DNA from: Desulfobacterales bacterium
GTDB taxonomy: Bacteria; Desulfobacterota; Desulfobacteria; Desulfobacterales; UBA2174
Length of the DNA: 64,000 nt
Direction: 5' to 3'
NCBI GenBank assembly: GCA_963668645.2
Contig: CAXXWC010000010.1
Location: 192,001 to 256,000, forward strand
The position numbers and the translations under genes were made by a program. The notes under the pieces were generated by a model. The model did not search any database and was not told the DNA's origin. It saw only the letters and a list, made by a program, of their open reading frames with translations. Shown here piece after piece: positions 38,477 through 48,322 of the stretch (position 1 is its first letter; each line of letters begins with the position of its first letter).

Positions 38477-39925
38477 CTATCCGAAAATCAGCGTCGCATA
38501 CATGTATCCGATGATGGAGAACAGCAGGATCATGGGAACGGAGAGCATGAACCCGTAGCGTGACAGAAACGATACCGGTACCCAGCCGCTGCCTGTGACC
38601 AGCGCGGTGGATGTGGTTGCCGAAGGCAGCGCGAAGGCCAGGTTGGAAGCGGCCGCGATGGTAACCCCCAGGGCGACGGCATTGCCCGTGCCGGATGCGA
38701 TCATCACCGGCACCATGACCGTATAGACCAGCGTCATGGAAACGACATTGGACATGGCGTTGGTTTGCAGTATGACCCAGCTCACGCTGATAAGGACGAA
38801 CACCATTACCGGCGCCCGGATGGCCACCGGCTGGAAGATGTCTGCAAGCAGCCGGGGAATGCCGGTTTCGGGTTTGCCGACGATGGAGCCCAGGATGGCG
38901 ACCGTGGCGACCAGGGCGATCGTACCCCAGTCTACGTATTCCTTCATCCATCTGTCGAAACGGAGTACCGGCTGTCTTTCCACGGTGATGAGGCAAAGCA
39001 GGCTTGCGCCTGCCAGCGGGGGGATGGCAACCCCGAGATTATGCAGGTAAGCGGAGAAATCCGGGAAAAGCCCCCCCAGAAAATCGGGGATCAGCCAGCA
39101 GAGGATCACGCTCAGGAACACCCCTACGGCGATCATTTCCGGGGTCTTCATCGGGCCAATCTCGGCTTTGGTCTTGCGGATGAAACCTTGACTCATCTCG
39201 CCGATGCCACTGACATCCGGCTTGACAACGAAACGGTAGACCGCAAAAAGAATCATAAAGACCATCAGTCCCATGGGAATGCCCCAGACAAACCACTGAA
39301 GAAAGCCGACCGCAACACCGGTATCGCGCTGCAGCCACTCGATAACCATCAGATTGCCGATATTGGCGATGGGCGTCATCACGAAAGAACTCGTCGATGC
39401 CCAGGCGATTCCCAGCATCATCATGGACGCGAACCGATCTCCCTTCTTGAAGCCCATGCCTTCCAGCATCGATTCGGCAATAGACATAAAGATGATGCAG
39501 TTGGCAGTCAGCGACATCACCATCCCGAGCAGTGAGCAGGCCAGAAGCAGCATTGCCAGCATCACCCAGGGACGCCCCCTGGCAATCGGTATGTCCATGA
39601 ACCAGACGGCGAAGCGGCGCGAAAAGCCGGTGGCCTGCAAGCCGCCGCTAAGCCCCATGACCCCGATGATGAAAATTACCAGCCAGTGCCCCCAGGACGA
39701 CGAGAAGACATCTGCCGCCGGCATCGTGCCGGTGGCTGTCAACAGCACCAGGCATAAGAGGCTGGGAATGCCGACACTGACGGTCGCCCACCAGATAATG
39801 GTAAACAGCATGATACCGGTGACTTTCATGCCGGTTGCGGTAAGCGGTTCGATGGGGGGCAATAAAAGGAACAAAACCAGCAAAATTAAACCCACGGCGG
39901 GTGCGATCCACCGGTTGAATGTCAT
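38477..39925 (-). CDS. SLC13/DASS-family anion transporter
   Basis: Many TM helices, TPIANIGN, TNAMSN, AFALPSAT motifs. Confidence 0.82.
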   Translation of the reverse strand: MTFNRWIAPAVGLILLVLFLLLPPIEPLTATGMKVTGIMLFTIIWWATVSVGIPSLLCLVLLTATGTMPAADVFSSSWGHWLVIFIIGVMGLSGGLQATGFSRRFAVWFMDIPIARGRPWVMLAMLLLACSLLGMVMSLTANCIIFMSIAESMLEGMGFKKGDRFASMMMLGIAWASTSSFVMTPIANIGNLMVIEWLQRDTGVAVGFLQWFVWGIPMGLMVFMILFAVYRFVVKPDVSGIGEMSQGFIRKTKAEIGPMKTPEMIAVGVFLSVILCWLIPDFLGGLFPDFSAYLHNLGVAIPPLAGASLLCLITVERQPVLRFDRWMKEYVDWGTIALVATVAILGSIVGKPETGIPRLLADIFQPVAIRAPVMVFVLISVSWVILQTNAMSNVVSMTLVYTVMVPVMIASGTGNAVALGVTIAAASNLAFALPSATTSTALVTGSGWVPVSFLSRYGFMLSVPMILLFSIIGYMYATLIFG

Positions 39926-40248
39926 GGCAATCGTCTTTCTTATGATATTTGTCGACCGGATCTGAACGGCTGTAAAGGCAATGGAAGGGCCAACGACTCC
40001 ATCGTGCAAAAACCGGTATTCTCCGCCTGGCTCCCGGCCAGGACCTCTATCCCTTGTCGAACCATTGAAATGTCGCCGGGACGCTACTCCCTGCCTGCCG
40101 GGCTGTCAAGGCGCGAAAATCCTGGCGGCCGGCCGAACCGCCCCTGATTTAGACGCGACACAGGGGGGCGACCCATCCCGCACGCCAGTGAATTTGTCGA
40201 AGAGGTGCTGGAAAAACCAGGTGAATGGCTGGAAGCGAGCTACGCCTA

Positions 40249-40455
40249 TCTTCCCGGATCAAGAGGATCGGCAAAATCGAAAAAATGGCCGCCCGCGTGC
40301 CTGGGGCACAGGCGGCCAGGGGGAAGGAAACGATGCGGCCGATGCGGCGGATCAGGCCACTGCAGCCGGGCGGCGGGTTTCGAGCATCGCCTCGATGCGG
40401 GTGCGCAATTGGCCCAGGTCGCTCTGGGAGTAGTCCGATTCGATCTTTAAAAACG
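40249..40455. repeat. Left ~207-bp direct repeat, duplicating the 3' end of the 44158-45333 gene and its downstream DNA
   Basis: Matches 44045-44261; the coding part 40352-40455 differs at 1 of 104 nt. Confidence 0.93.
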
Positions 40456-40460
40456 ATGAA

Positions 40461-40485
40461 GACTATAGTCTGTAGCTTTATAGTC
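40461..40485 (+). promoter_or_regulatory. C-box operator pair for the RM controller protein
   Basis: GACTATAGTC-TGTA-GCTTTATAGTC resembles the PvuII/BamHI-type GACTnnnAGTC-TGTA arrangement; 25 nt before the C gene. Confidence 0.85.
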
Positions 40486-40510
40486 TGCATTTGGCCAAAC
40501 TGCGGCTGTC

Positions 40511-40774
40511 ATGGGACACGGCTCACAGAACAATCCAGAGATCCTTGCAGAAGCCTTCGGCGCGGTGCTCCGCGAGGCCCGCAAAGAGCGCGGACTCTCT
40601 CAGGAGGGTCTTGGGTTTGAGAGCGGCTATCACCGCACCTACGTGAGTCTCTTGGAACGGGGACTCAAGAGCCCGTCACTACAGACCATTTTCGAACTGG
40701 CCCGTGCGTTGGACATCCGTCCCTCCGAACTGCTCGCCCGTGTCGAGCGAACAACACACTTCAAGCCGAAATGA
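40511..40774 (+). CDS. RM controller (C) protein, XRE HTH
   Basis: FGAVLREARKERGLSQE.LG...HRTYVSLLERG..SPSL; C-box upstream; ATGA overlap with the REase. Confidence 0.88.
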   Translation: MGHGSQNNPEILAEAFGAVLREARKERGLSQEGLGFESGYHRTYVSLLERGLKSPSLQTIFELARALDIRPSELLARVERTTHFKPK

Positions 40775-41502
40775 AACTGATCCAAACAGCCATCATCTTC
40801 GATAGAGGCAAAGTCGCCATGACGGCCGGCTGGCGTTCTACGTATGAGGCGTACGCTGCAACGATCCCTGAGATGGTTAATCCACCCGGGAACGACTGTT
40901 TCGCTATCCGGAAAAAGACACCCAAACTGGATAAAAACGGGAAGAAGACCTCCCAATGGAACCGCAACGGGGTTGGCCCCATCAAGCTGCAGTTCCATCG
41001 ACTCATGGCCGAACGGGGCTGGACGCCGGAAGCCCCCCTCGACCTTAGCCCGTATTTCCAGAGCGAGAAGGTACGGCCTTACCGTTTGTATCCCAGCCTC
41101 GAAGAGCAAAGGATCAGCGAGGACGTGTCGGTGGGGGATTTCGATTTCTGGTTCAGAACCAAAGACGGTACGCGAACGGCGATTGAATGGGAAACCGGCA
41201 ACATCTCTTCGTCACATCGTTCCGTGAACAAGCTGTGCATAGCGCTTAGCGCCGGTCTCGTTGATGCTGCCGTTCTTATCGTTCCAAGCCGCATGACGTA
41301 TCCCCACCTTACTGACCGGATAGGTAATTGGAATGAGCTGCGCCCCTATATCGCCTTCTGGCAGACCTACGGAAGGTCTCTAAAGCGTGGTCTGCTTGCA
41401 ATGACCGTCTGGGAGCACGACGAGATTGCTGATGACGACTCGGTCCCTTACATCAAGGCCGGAGTTGAAGGAAGAAGCGCGGAAGGGCTGGCAAAGGTAT
41501 AG
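40771..41502 (+). CDS. Type II restriction endonuclease, BamHI-like
   Basis: NGVGPIK, GDFDF, IEWETGNISSSHRSVNKL, LTDRIGNWNELRPY, resembling BamHI EFETGNISS.HRS.NKL and LTDR..N..EL.PY. Confidence 0.87.
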   Translation: MKLIQTAIIFDRGKVAMTAGWRSTYEAYAATIPEMVNPPGNDCFAIRKKTPKLDKNGKKTSQWNRNGVGPIKLQFHRLMAERGWTPEAPLDLSPYFQSEKVRPYRLYPSLEEQRISEDVSVGDFDFWFRTKDGTRTAIEWETGNISSSHRSVNKLCIALSAGLVDAAVLIVPSRMTYPHLTDRIGNWNELRPYIAFWQTYGRSLKRGLLAMTVWEHDEIADDDSVPYIKAGVEGRSAEGLAKV

Positions 41503-41539
41503 GAAACGGGCTCGCATCGGTTGGCTCAACATTATCAAG

Positions 41540-42907
41540 CTACTGCTTCTGTAACATCAGGATGAATTCACGGCGCATTGTGTTCGAAATCCCCGTAATC
41601 GGGCGGCTCATCTCTTTCACGAGCTTGAACCCATGCCCGTCTGCCAGTTCAACCAGTATCCGGTGAAGGCCGGGGACATCCTCGGGTGACACGTTCAGTA
41701 CCTTGCTGAGCTGGTTGCTGTTTGTGCCGACTACGATCGTGCAGATCCGACCCTTGCACAGCACACGCCCACACTCGGCGAGAACCTTGTCCATGTCTTC
41801 CTTGTAAAGCGCGAACTTGTCGGCCAACCTGCGCCCTCGCAGCCCGACCATCCGGGTCCGCAATTCCTCGGCATCGACTCCAAGAAAGTTCAGGTGGAAA
41901 GAGTCGTTTGCCAGGTAGTCCACCGCGAAACTGTATGGCGGGGAGAAAATTACTCCGTCAATGCTGCAATCCTCTATCGTCAGGTCGCGCGCGTCGCCCT
42001 CAAGAATCCGTGCCGTTCCGAGTTCCGACTCCACGCCCTTGAGTACCGCCTGGATCTTCTCCGCCACAAACACGTACCGTTCCAGGATGGCCCTGAACTG
42101 CTCAAGCGGCGGCTTCCGCTTGCTCCGTTCGGAATACCCGGCGCTGTCGAGATAGGCGAGCAGCAGGAAGGCGTACGTGTCTGACGTGTCCCGGTCCTTC
42201 TTGCTGAGGTCCTCGCGATCCCCGGCCGTCACGTACTCGGCGGCCGATTCCATAACCTCCATGTACCCTTGGGCCGGTTTGCGCATGCTCACTTTGCTAC
42301 CGATGGGGGGCTTGCCGACGCGCCCCTTGAAGTACTCGAATACCTCCTCGTAGTTGCCAAGAGCACGCTTGGCACGCGTCAATGACATCGTAAGCGCATC
42401 AACCTTTGTTTGTGCCATGAAGCGGCAAAAGGGGCTTGCATCCACGCCGACGGAATGAATACCCATGAGGGCCGCCTCCACCGGAACCGTTCCCGACCCC
42501 ATCATAGGATCCAGAACCGTTTCTCCAGGTTCCAAGCCCATTGTGTTGATGATCCCTTTGATCATCTGCGGGTGGAACTTGCCGCGGTAAGGGAAAAGGC
42601 CGTGCGTTCCGTACCCCGTTCGGAAGATGTTCTTCTCGAAGAAGGACTTGAGGCGGGATGATGAATGGTCGGGTAGCTTCAGGGGGTTGCCCGTGCACAT
42701 CAGGAAATGCCGAGTCGGCTCCCCACCGACACTGGCGAAATACGCCCCGTTCCGCAACAATCCAGCGTCGTCGAGAACCAGGTTTTCGTAAAAGGCTAGC
42801 TCCAACTCGTAAATGTCACTGAGATTCGGAAGGATCTTCCGCTCGGGCGGAAAGAGCTTGGCCGCCATGTCCTGCGATAACATTTCTGTCAGTCTGTCGC
42901 CCTTCAC
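41540..42907 (-). CDS. Amino-DNA methyltransferase, alpha-type motif order
   Basis: THGLFPYRGKFHPQ, VLDPMMGSGT (motif I) preceding IFSPPY (motif IV). Confidence 0.85.
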   Translation of the reverse strand: MKGDRLTEMLSQDMAAKLFPPERKILPNLSDIYELELAFYENLVLDDAGLLRNGAYFASVGGEPTRHFLMCTGNPLKLPDHSSSRLKSFFEKNIFRTGYGTHGLFPYRGKFHPQMIKGIINTMGLEPGETVLDPMMGSGTVPVEAALMGIHSVGVDASPFCRFMAQTKVDALTMSLTRAKRALGNYEEVFEYFKGRVGKPPIGSKVSMRKPAQGYMEVMESAAEYVTAGDREDLSKKDRDTSDTYAFLLLAYLDSAGYSERSKRKPPLEQFRAILERYVFVAEKIQAVLKGVESELGTARILEGDARDLTIEDCSIDGVIFSPPYSFAVDYLANDSFHLNFLGVDAEELRTRMVGLRGRRLADKFALYKEDMDKVLAECGRVLCKGRICTIVVGTNSNQLSKVLNVSPEDVPGLHRILVELADGHGFKLVKEMSRPITGISNTMRREFILMLQKQ

Positions 42908-42914
42908 GCAACCT

Positions 42915-43718
42915 TCACCCCTCTATGAAATCCCCGGTATTATGAGGACTCAGATCGCCGTTTTGCAGCCGCTCGATGATCACGTCACAGCTCTCCATCT
43001 CGATCCCGATCCATTGCCGGTTCAGCCGTTCACAGACATCGAAGGTCGTTCCGCTGCCGCCGAACGGATCTAACACGATATCACCCTCTTCCGTCGAAAG
43101 GTTGACCACCCGCTCCAGGATCTTGGTTGAGAGTTGATTCGCCGAACGCTTCCGGCTTTTGAACTTCCAGTGCCTTACCGGCGTGATGTCATTCCACACA
43201 TCGGTCAGGTTCACTCCGTTTGGATTCATTGCGCCCCGGTGACCGCCGTAGTCCTTGATTTCGCCCCCGCAGTGCCGGCACGTCTCAATCGGTGTACGGA
43301 TCTTCTTGAACGTCTTGGGTTTGCCCTTCGTGTAGTAGAGCAGGCTGTAGTGAGAGGGATATAGACGCCCCGGAATCGGAAGAGACAGTTTGATGTTGAT
43401 TGCGATCCAGTGCCGGAAATCGAGGCCACCCTCTGATAGATAAGCGCCGATCAGGACATTCCACTTGGGAAGATTGTAGATGAAGACGGCCCCACCGGGC
43501 TTGATGATCCGAATACACTCATCAAGCCAGCGTTTGCACCATCGAACGTATTCCCCGTTTGGCCGGTCATCGTTGACCTTCCTACCGTATTCTTTTGCCA
43601 GATTGAATGGTGGATCGGCAAAGACCGTATCAATGCTCTCGTCTGCGATGTGCGGAATTATGTCGAGACAGTCGCCTTCGTAAAGGACACCTCGGGAAGT
43701 CTGGAACACCGGGTTCAT
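42915..43718 (-). CDS. N4-cytosine/N6-adenine DNA methyltransferase, beta class (M.BamHII-like)
   Basis: LYEGDCL, FADPPFN preceding VLDPFGGSGTT; start uncertain (ORF open to 43958). Confidence 0.9.
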   Translation of the reverse strand: MNPVFQTSRGVLYEGDCLDIIPHIADESIDTVFADPPFNLAKEYGRKVNDDRPNGEYVRWCKRWLDECIRIIKPGGAVFIYNLPKWNVLIGAYLSEGGLDFRHWIAINIKLSLPIPGRLYPSHYSLLYYTKGKPKTFKKIRTPIETCRHCGGEIKDYGGHRGAMNPNGVNLTDVWNDITPVRHWKFKSRKRSANQLSTKILERVVNLSTEEGDIVLDPFGGSGTTFDVCERLNRQWIGIEMESCDVIIERLQNGDLSPHNTGDFIEG

Positions 43719-44044
43719 GGGCAGAGGGGTGCCGTTTACGCCTGTCTTGTCCCAGAGGTCGACTCGATCTAGCAGCGGAAGGCTCATATCGCCGGCATTG
43801 TCCAGACATGGAAATTTACTTTTCGGAAAACGCGGCGACTTCATTTGATTTGTTGCCTCCTTGGCTGCCGTCAACAACATACGCCCCCCTTTGTCGAACC
43901 GCCAAAACACCGGATGCACCCTACCCCGCGCCCTATCGGCCGTCAAGACCCGCATCATCCAATTGACACCCCACTCTCCTATCCCCTCCCCAATCCCCGC
44001 ACATCCCTCCTAAAGACAGGATTCATCCAGGTCCGGCAAATATC

Positions 44045-44261
44045 TCTTCCCAGATAAAGAGGATCGGCAAAATCAAAACAATGGCCCGCCCGCGTGCCTG
44101 GGGCACAGGCGGCCAGGGGGAAGGAAACGATGCGGCCGGCGCGGCCGGCGCGGCGGATCAGGCCACTGCGGCCGGGCGGCGGGTTTCGAGCATCGCCTCG
44201 ATGCGGGTGCGCAATTGGCCCAGGTCGCTCTGGGAGTAGTCCGATTCGATCTTTAAAAACG
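44045..44261. repeat. Right ~217-bp direct repeat
   Basis: Matches 40249-40455 with an extra gcggccggc unit and a few substitutions. Confidence 0.93.
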
Positions 44262-45333
44262 GCAGGCCGCAGGTTTCCTTGACATGGACCCCGACCTTGG
44301 CCGATTCGACATTGTAGCCGTGGCAGCTTTGCAGCACGAAGTCGATGACCGCATCGGGCTTGAAGTCGGCGATCATCTGGCTCAGGGCGGTCAGGCGCCG
44401 CTCGTTGGGGGTCATGCAGGCACAGGGGATCTCGAGGTAGCGCCGCGCGATGGCGCCGCACGGGTCGCCGGTGTTCTCCTCGATCTGCCCGACGAAGGAC
44501 TTGATGCCGGTGCAGTTGTCCGGCAGGACCACCACCCCGCCGGCCTCCTCGACCAGACGGTAGATCTTGGTGGCATCGCCGCCGATGGGGCACCCGCTCA
44601 CCAGCACCCGCGGGGCCGAGGCCGGTGCCGCGCACTGGCCGGTGTCGACCCGGCGCTGCAATTTTTCCGGCAAAGGCGCCAGCCGTTCGATGGCATCCTG
44701 GGGCGTGGCGGCCTGGGCGAAAAAACCGATGTCGTAGATCTCCTGCCAGCTGAGCACCGACGGGACCCGGGCGGCGAAATCGAAGATCTCCTGCATCAGC
44801 CGGTTGCGCCGGTTGCTGGCGACGATGGTGCTCTCGAGGCGTTCTTCGTCATAGGCCACACCGAGGTTGGCGCCCAGAAAGCCGGCCAGGCTGCGGATCA
44901 TGCCGCGCCACTGGTGCTGGGCCCCGCCGCGGTCGGGCAGTTGGGGCAGGTCCATCACGAAAAGCGGCTTGATGTCGGCGATCAGCTCGAACATCTTCTT
45001 TTTTCCGTCGCAGGTGGTCTCGGCGATCACCACCTGGGCAAGGCCAAAAAACGGGCAGGTCCCTTCGATGATGAACCCGTAGCTCGACTTGATCAGAGGA
45101 CAGAGGTTGGCCGGCAGGACGGTTTCGGCCGCCGGAATCGGAACGGCCGAAAAGGCGCACAGGACCGCCGGGGTGACATCCATGGCATGGAAAAGCTCCA
45201 TCGGTGCGTAGCCGCAGTAAATCCCGGCCACCGGACTCCCGGCGGCCTTTCGGGCCTTGACGTACTGGAGCACCCGCTTGGCCGGTTCGCCGTCGAATCC
45301 GTCGTTCATCAGGGGCTGGTCGAAGGTTTGCAT
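44158..45333 (-). CDS. 2-hydroxyacyl-CoA dehydratase-family / double-cubane-cluster-type reductase
   Basis: GIYCGYAP.E, LPANLCPLIKSSYG, ETTCDGKKKM, LVSGCP, PCACMTPN, CHGYNVE, DYSQSD.GQL.TRIEA. Confidence 0.85.
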   Translation of the reverse strand: MQTFDQPLMNDGFDGEPAKRVLQYVKARKAAGSPVAGIYCGYAPMELFHAMDVTPAVLCAFSAVPIPAAETVLPANLCPLIKSSYGFIIEGTCPFFGLAQVVIAETTCDGKKKMFELIADIKPLFVMDLPQLPDRGGAQHQWRGMIRSLAGFLGANLGVAYDEERLESTIVASNRRNRLMQEIFDFAARVPSVLSWQEIYDIGFFAQAATPQDAIERLAPLPEKLQRRVDTGQCAAPASAPRVLVSGCPIGGDATKIYRLVEEAGGVVVLPDNCTGIKSFVGQIEENTGDPCGAIARRYLEIPCACMTPNERRLTALSQMIADFKPDAVIDFVLQSCHGYNVESAKVGVHVKETCGLPFLKIESDYSQSDLGQLRTRIEAMLETRRPAAVA

Positions 45334-45429
45334 GCTCAAGACTCCTTTTGCCATCGGTTGCCGGACGCGGCGCAATGGTCCACCACAGATGTCTGTTTTT
45401 AGGTGTCCACAGAAATGTTGTCAATTCGC

Positions 45430-45768
45430 TTTAATTAATAACGAATTGAAATGGCATCATTTTTTCGAATGGCCGGATGCAACCCAGGCGTGGCCAGAAG
45501 CGGTGAGAATGAAGCTTGACACCACCTGGGTGTACGGTACAACGGTTTAAACTGCTTGATCTGACGCGCAACTTTGCTTGCGGAGAAAGGTAAAGGGGAT
45601 TTACAAATCATCGGCCTGGATATCTCGGGAGATGGCACAATCAAGGATGTGGCTGAATACTACGCTCAAATGGGCTGCCGAGTCGAAATCCTCACGGGCG
45701 ACGCAGGGCTGAAGGTTTATGAACCTGCTTCTCCAACAGAAGTCCCCAGACGGAAACAACGGCGTTGA
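45430..45768 (+). pseudogene. Degenerate fragment, possibly a PIN-like protein C-terminus
   Basis: GDGTIKDVAEYYA..G..VEILTGDAGL; no convincing start, broken upstream frame. Confidence 0.35.
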
Positions 45769-45836
45769 GAGAGATAATCATCCACGAAGACCCGGATAAT
45801 GTCCAGCCCGGTCCAGGTGACGATGGAAAAACATAG

Positions 45837-46838
45837 ATGACCAAGACAAGCACCTGCCGACCGCCCTACACCATCACCCCGGCCATCGTGAACCTGGTGG
45901 CACAGATCGGCGAAGGACTCGGCCGCCTCTCCGCAATGGGCGATACCGCCGCAACCCTGCGACTGCGGCGCGCCAACCGCATCCGCACCATCCGCGGTTC
46001 GCTCGCCATTGAGGGCAATACCCTGACCGAGGCCCAGATCACCGCCATCCTGGACGGCAAGCGGGTCATGGCCCCGCCGCGCGAAATACAGGAGGTGTGC
46101 AACGCCATTGAAGCTTATGACCGTTTCGAAAAGTGGCGCCCGGAAGCGGAAAAGGACCTGCTGGAAGCCCATCACGTCCTGATGGCCGGCCTGATCGATG
46201 AAATCGGTGTCTATCGGAGCGGCGATGTGGGTGTCATGGGCGACGGCCGGGTGATCCACATGGCGCCTCCGGCGAGTCGCGTCCCGCCGTTGATGCAGGC
46301 ACTTCTTGGTTGGCTTGCCGTCGGCGATGCCCATCCCCTGATTGCCGGTTCGGTCTTCCACTATGAATTCGAGTTCATACATCCTTTTGCCGATGGCAAC
46401 GGCCGCCTGGGTCGGCTTTGGCAGACGCTGATCCTGACCCGCTGGAACCCGCTGTTTGCCGACATCCAGGCGGAAAGCCTGGTGCATGCGCACCAGGACG
46501 CATATTGCCGGGCCCTGCAGGAAAGCACGAAACAGACCGACGCGGCGCCGTTTATCGAATTCATGCTCGGGGTTGTTTACGATGCCATAAAGACCGCCCC
46601 CCAAGTCAAGCGTTTGCTTGAGCTAATCGATGGGGAAATGTCCCGCGAAGCGCTTCAGCGCGCCCTGGAATTGCAGGATCGCAAGTCGTTTCGAGAACGC
46701 TACCTCAACCCGGCCTTGGCTCAGGGGCTGATTGAAATGACCATTGCCGACAAGCCCAACAGCCGTCTGCAGCAATACCGGCTTACTGGGAAGGGGAAAC
46801 AGATAGTAGATCGGCAGCCATCACACAGTAAACGATGA
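45837..46838 (+). CDS. Fic-family protein with C-terminal wHTH
   Basis: HPFADGNGRLGR active-site motif; SLAIEGN inhibitory motif; DKPNSRLQQYRLT tail. Confidence 0.93.
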   Translation: MTKTSTCRPPYTITPAIVNLVAQIGEGLGRLSAMGDTAATLRLRRANRIRTIRGSLAIEGNTLTEAQITAILDGKRVMAPPREIQEVCNAIEAYDRFEKWRPEAEKDLLEAHHVLMAGLIDEIGVYRSGDVGVMGDGRVIHMAPPASRVPPLMQALLGWLAVGDAHPLIAGSVFHYEFEFIHPFADGNGRLGRLWQTLILTRWNPLFADIQAESLVHAHQDAYCRALQESTKQTDAAPFIEFMLGVVYDAIKTAPQVKRLLELIDGEMSREALQRALELQDRKSFRERYLNPALAQGLIEMTIADKPNSRLQQYRLTGKGKQIVDRQPSHSKR

Positions 46839-47688
46839 TCTTGGCGGCGATCTTGGCGGCGGTGAATTCGGAGACCTGGGTGCCGGGAATCTTGGCCAGC
46901 TCGTTGATGTCGGCCCCCACCACCTGGCGCCGGGCCCCCACGGCGCGGATCAGGGCCACAAGCTGGCGGTAGCTCAGCCCGCCCGGCTCGGGGGTGCCGG
47001 TGCCGGGGACCACGGCCGGATCGAGGCCGTCGAGATCGATGGTGATATAGACCCGGGTCGGCAGTCGCTCGACGACATCATCGATCCAGCCCGTGTCATT
47101 GGGATCGATCCGGTGGGCGTAGACCGGGCGCAGCCCGTTTTCCACCACATAGCGGTGCTCTTCGGACGAAAAGCTGCGGATGCCAACCTGCACGAAGGGC
47201 AGCCGGGCCTCGTCGGCCACCCGCCGCATGACGCAGGCATGATTGTAGCGGCTTCCGTTCCAGCTGTCGCGAAGATCGAGATGGGCGTCGACCTGCAAAA
47301 TCCCGGCGTCGGGAAACCGTTCGGCCAAGGCCAGCGCAGGACCGATGGTGATGGCATGGTCCCCGCCGAGACAGAGGGGAAAGCGGCCCGCGTTGAATAC
47401 GGCCGCCGCCGCCTCGCGCATGGCGGCCACGGCCGCCTCGGGGCCGGCGGCCGGATTCAGGGGAAGCGCGGTGTGAATCGGCACCCGGGTCCAATCGAGG
47501 AGGGTTTCCTCGTCCAGGCGCTCCAGGGCGTCGGAAGCGGCCAGCAGGTGCAGCGGGCCTTTAGCACTGCCGGCGCCGTAGCTGGCCCCTGCTTCGTAGC
47601 AAAAAGGGAGGATGACCACCCGGGCCTGATCCGGGGGGACGTTGGCAATCTCGCTGGCCGCGAAGCTGGCCGCAGAGACCGTATCCAT
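46783..47688 (-). CDS. speB: Agmatinase
   Basis: GGDHAIT, DAHLDLRD, VGIRS, TIDLDGLDP...PGTGTPEPGG. Confidence 0.92.
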   Translation of the reverse strand: MDTVSAASFAASEIANVPPDQARVVILPFCYEAGASYGAGSAKGPLHLLAASDALERLDEETLLDWTRVPIHTALPLNPAAGPEAAVAAMREAAAAVFNAGRFPLCLGGDHAITIGPALALAERFPDAGILQVDAHLDLRDSWNGSRYNHACVMRRVADEARLPFVQVGIRSFSSEEHRYVVENGLRPVYAHRIDPNDTGWIDDVVERLPTRVYITIDLDGLDPAVVPGTGTPEPGGLSYRQLVALIRAVGARRQVVGADINELAKIPGTQVSEFTAAKIAAKIIVYCVMAADLLSVSPSQ

Positions 47689-47693
47689 GGCAC

Positions 47694-48239
47694 TTAACTG
47701 ACGAACAGGGCCGCAGCCAGAACCGTGGTCCAGAAATTGCCTTCGGCGCCCAAGGCCGCCTGGCTGGTGTGCTGGGAGTCGACGATCTTGCCGGACATCA
47801 TGTAGACCTCCCGGCGTTCGTCGTAGTCTTTGCTCGCATCGAATTCAATGCCGAGGGTGTTGGCCAACATCGAGGCGGCCAGATCCTCGGCATATTCTCC
47901 GGCTTCCTGCTCGGTCTGCCCGTAACCGTGGTGTTCGGACAGATAGCCGTACATCCCCGTTTCCGAGGGCAGGGCCAAGCCGATGGAGGCCACGAGGCGC
48001 CGGCCCGGCTCCTTGCTCTCCTCGCGGGCCATGACACAGTGGGTGATTTCACCGGGTTCGAGGCGCGTCAGACCGGTATCGATGTCAACGATGTTGCAAT
48101 GCGGCGGGAAAATGGACGAGACTGTCACGAGATTCAGATGGGCGATGCGGGCATTGCGCAGGGCGTTTTCGAAAGAAGCCAGTTTTTCCCTGGCAACACC
48201 GACCCCTTTGGTAAAAAACATGTATCTCGGAACATACAT
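47694..48239 (-). CDS. pdaD: Pyruvoyl-dependent arginine decarboxylase
   Basis: SFENALRNA.IA..NLVTVSSIFPP self-cleavage motif, YGYLSEHH; adjacent to speB. Confidence 0.9.
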   Translation of the reverse strand: MYVPRYMFFTKGVGVAREKLASFENALRNARIAHLNLVTVSSIFPPHCNIVDIDTGLTRLEPGEITHCVMAREESKEPGRRLVASIGLALPSETGMYGYLSEHHGYGQTEQEAGEYAEDLAASMLANTLGIEFDASKDYDERREVYMMSGKIVDSQHTSQAALGAEGNFWTTVLAAALFVS

Positions 48240-48322
48240 TTTTCAATCCTCCTCGCCCCTGTGATAATACCGCGTCTGCGGCCAAATGGCGCCATAAATA
48301 GTGACTCTACGCGAGGCTGTCA

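Noticed and set aside
40190..40248. EFVEEVLEKPGEWLEASYA, resembling a RAYT transposase C-terminal scrap
   Set aside because: Too short to support without a search
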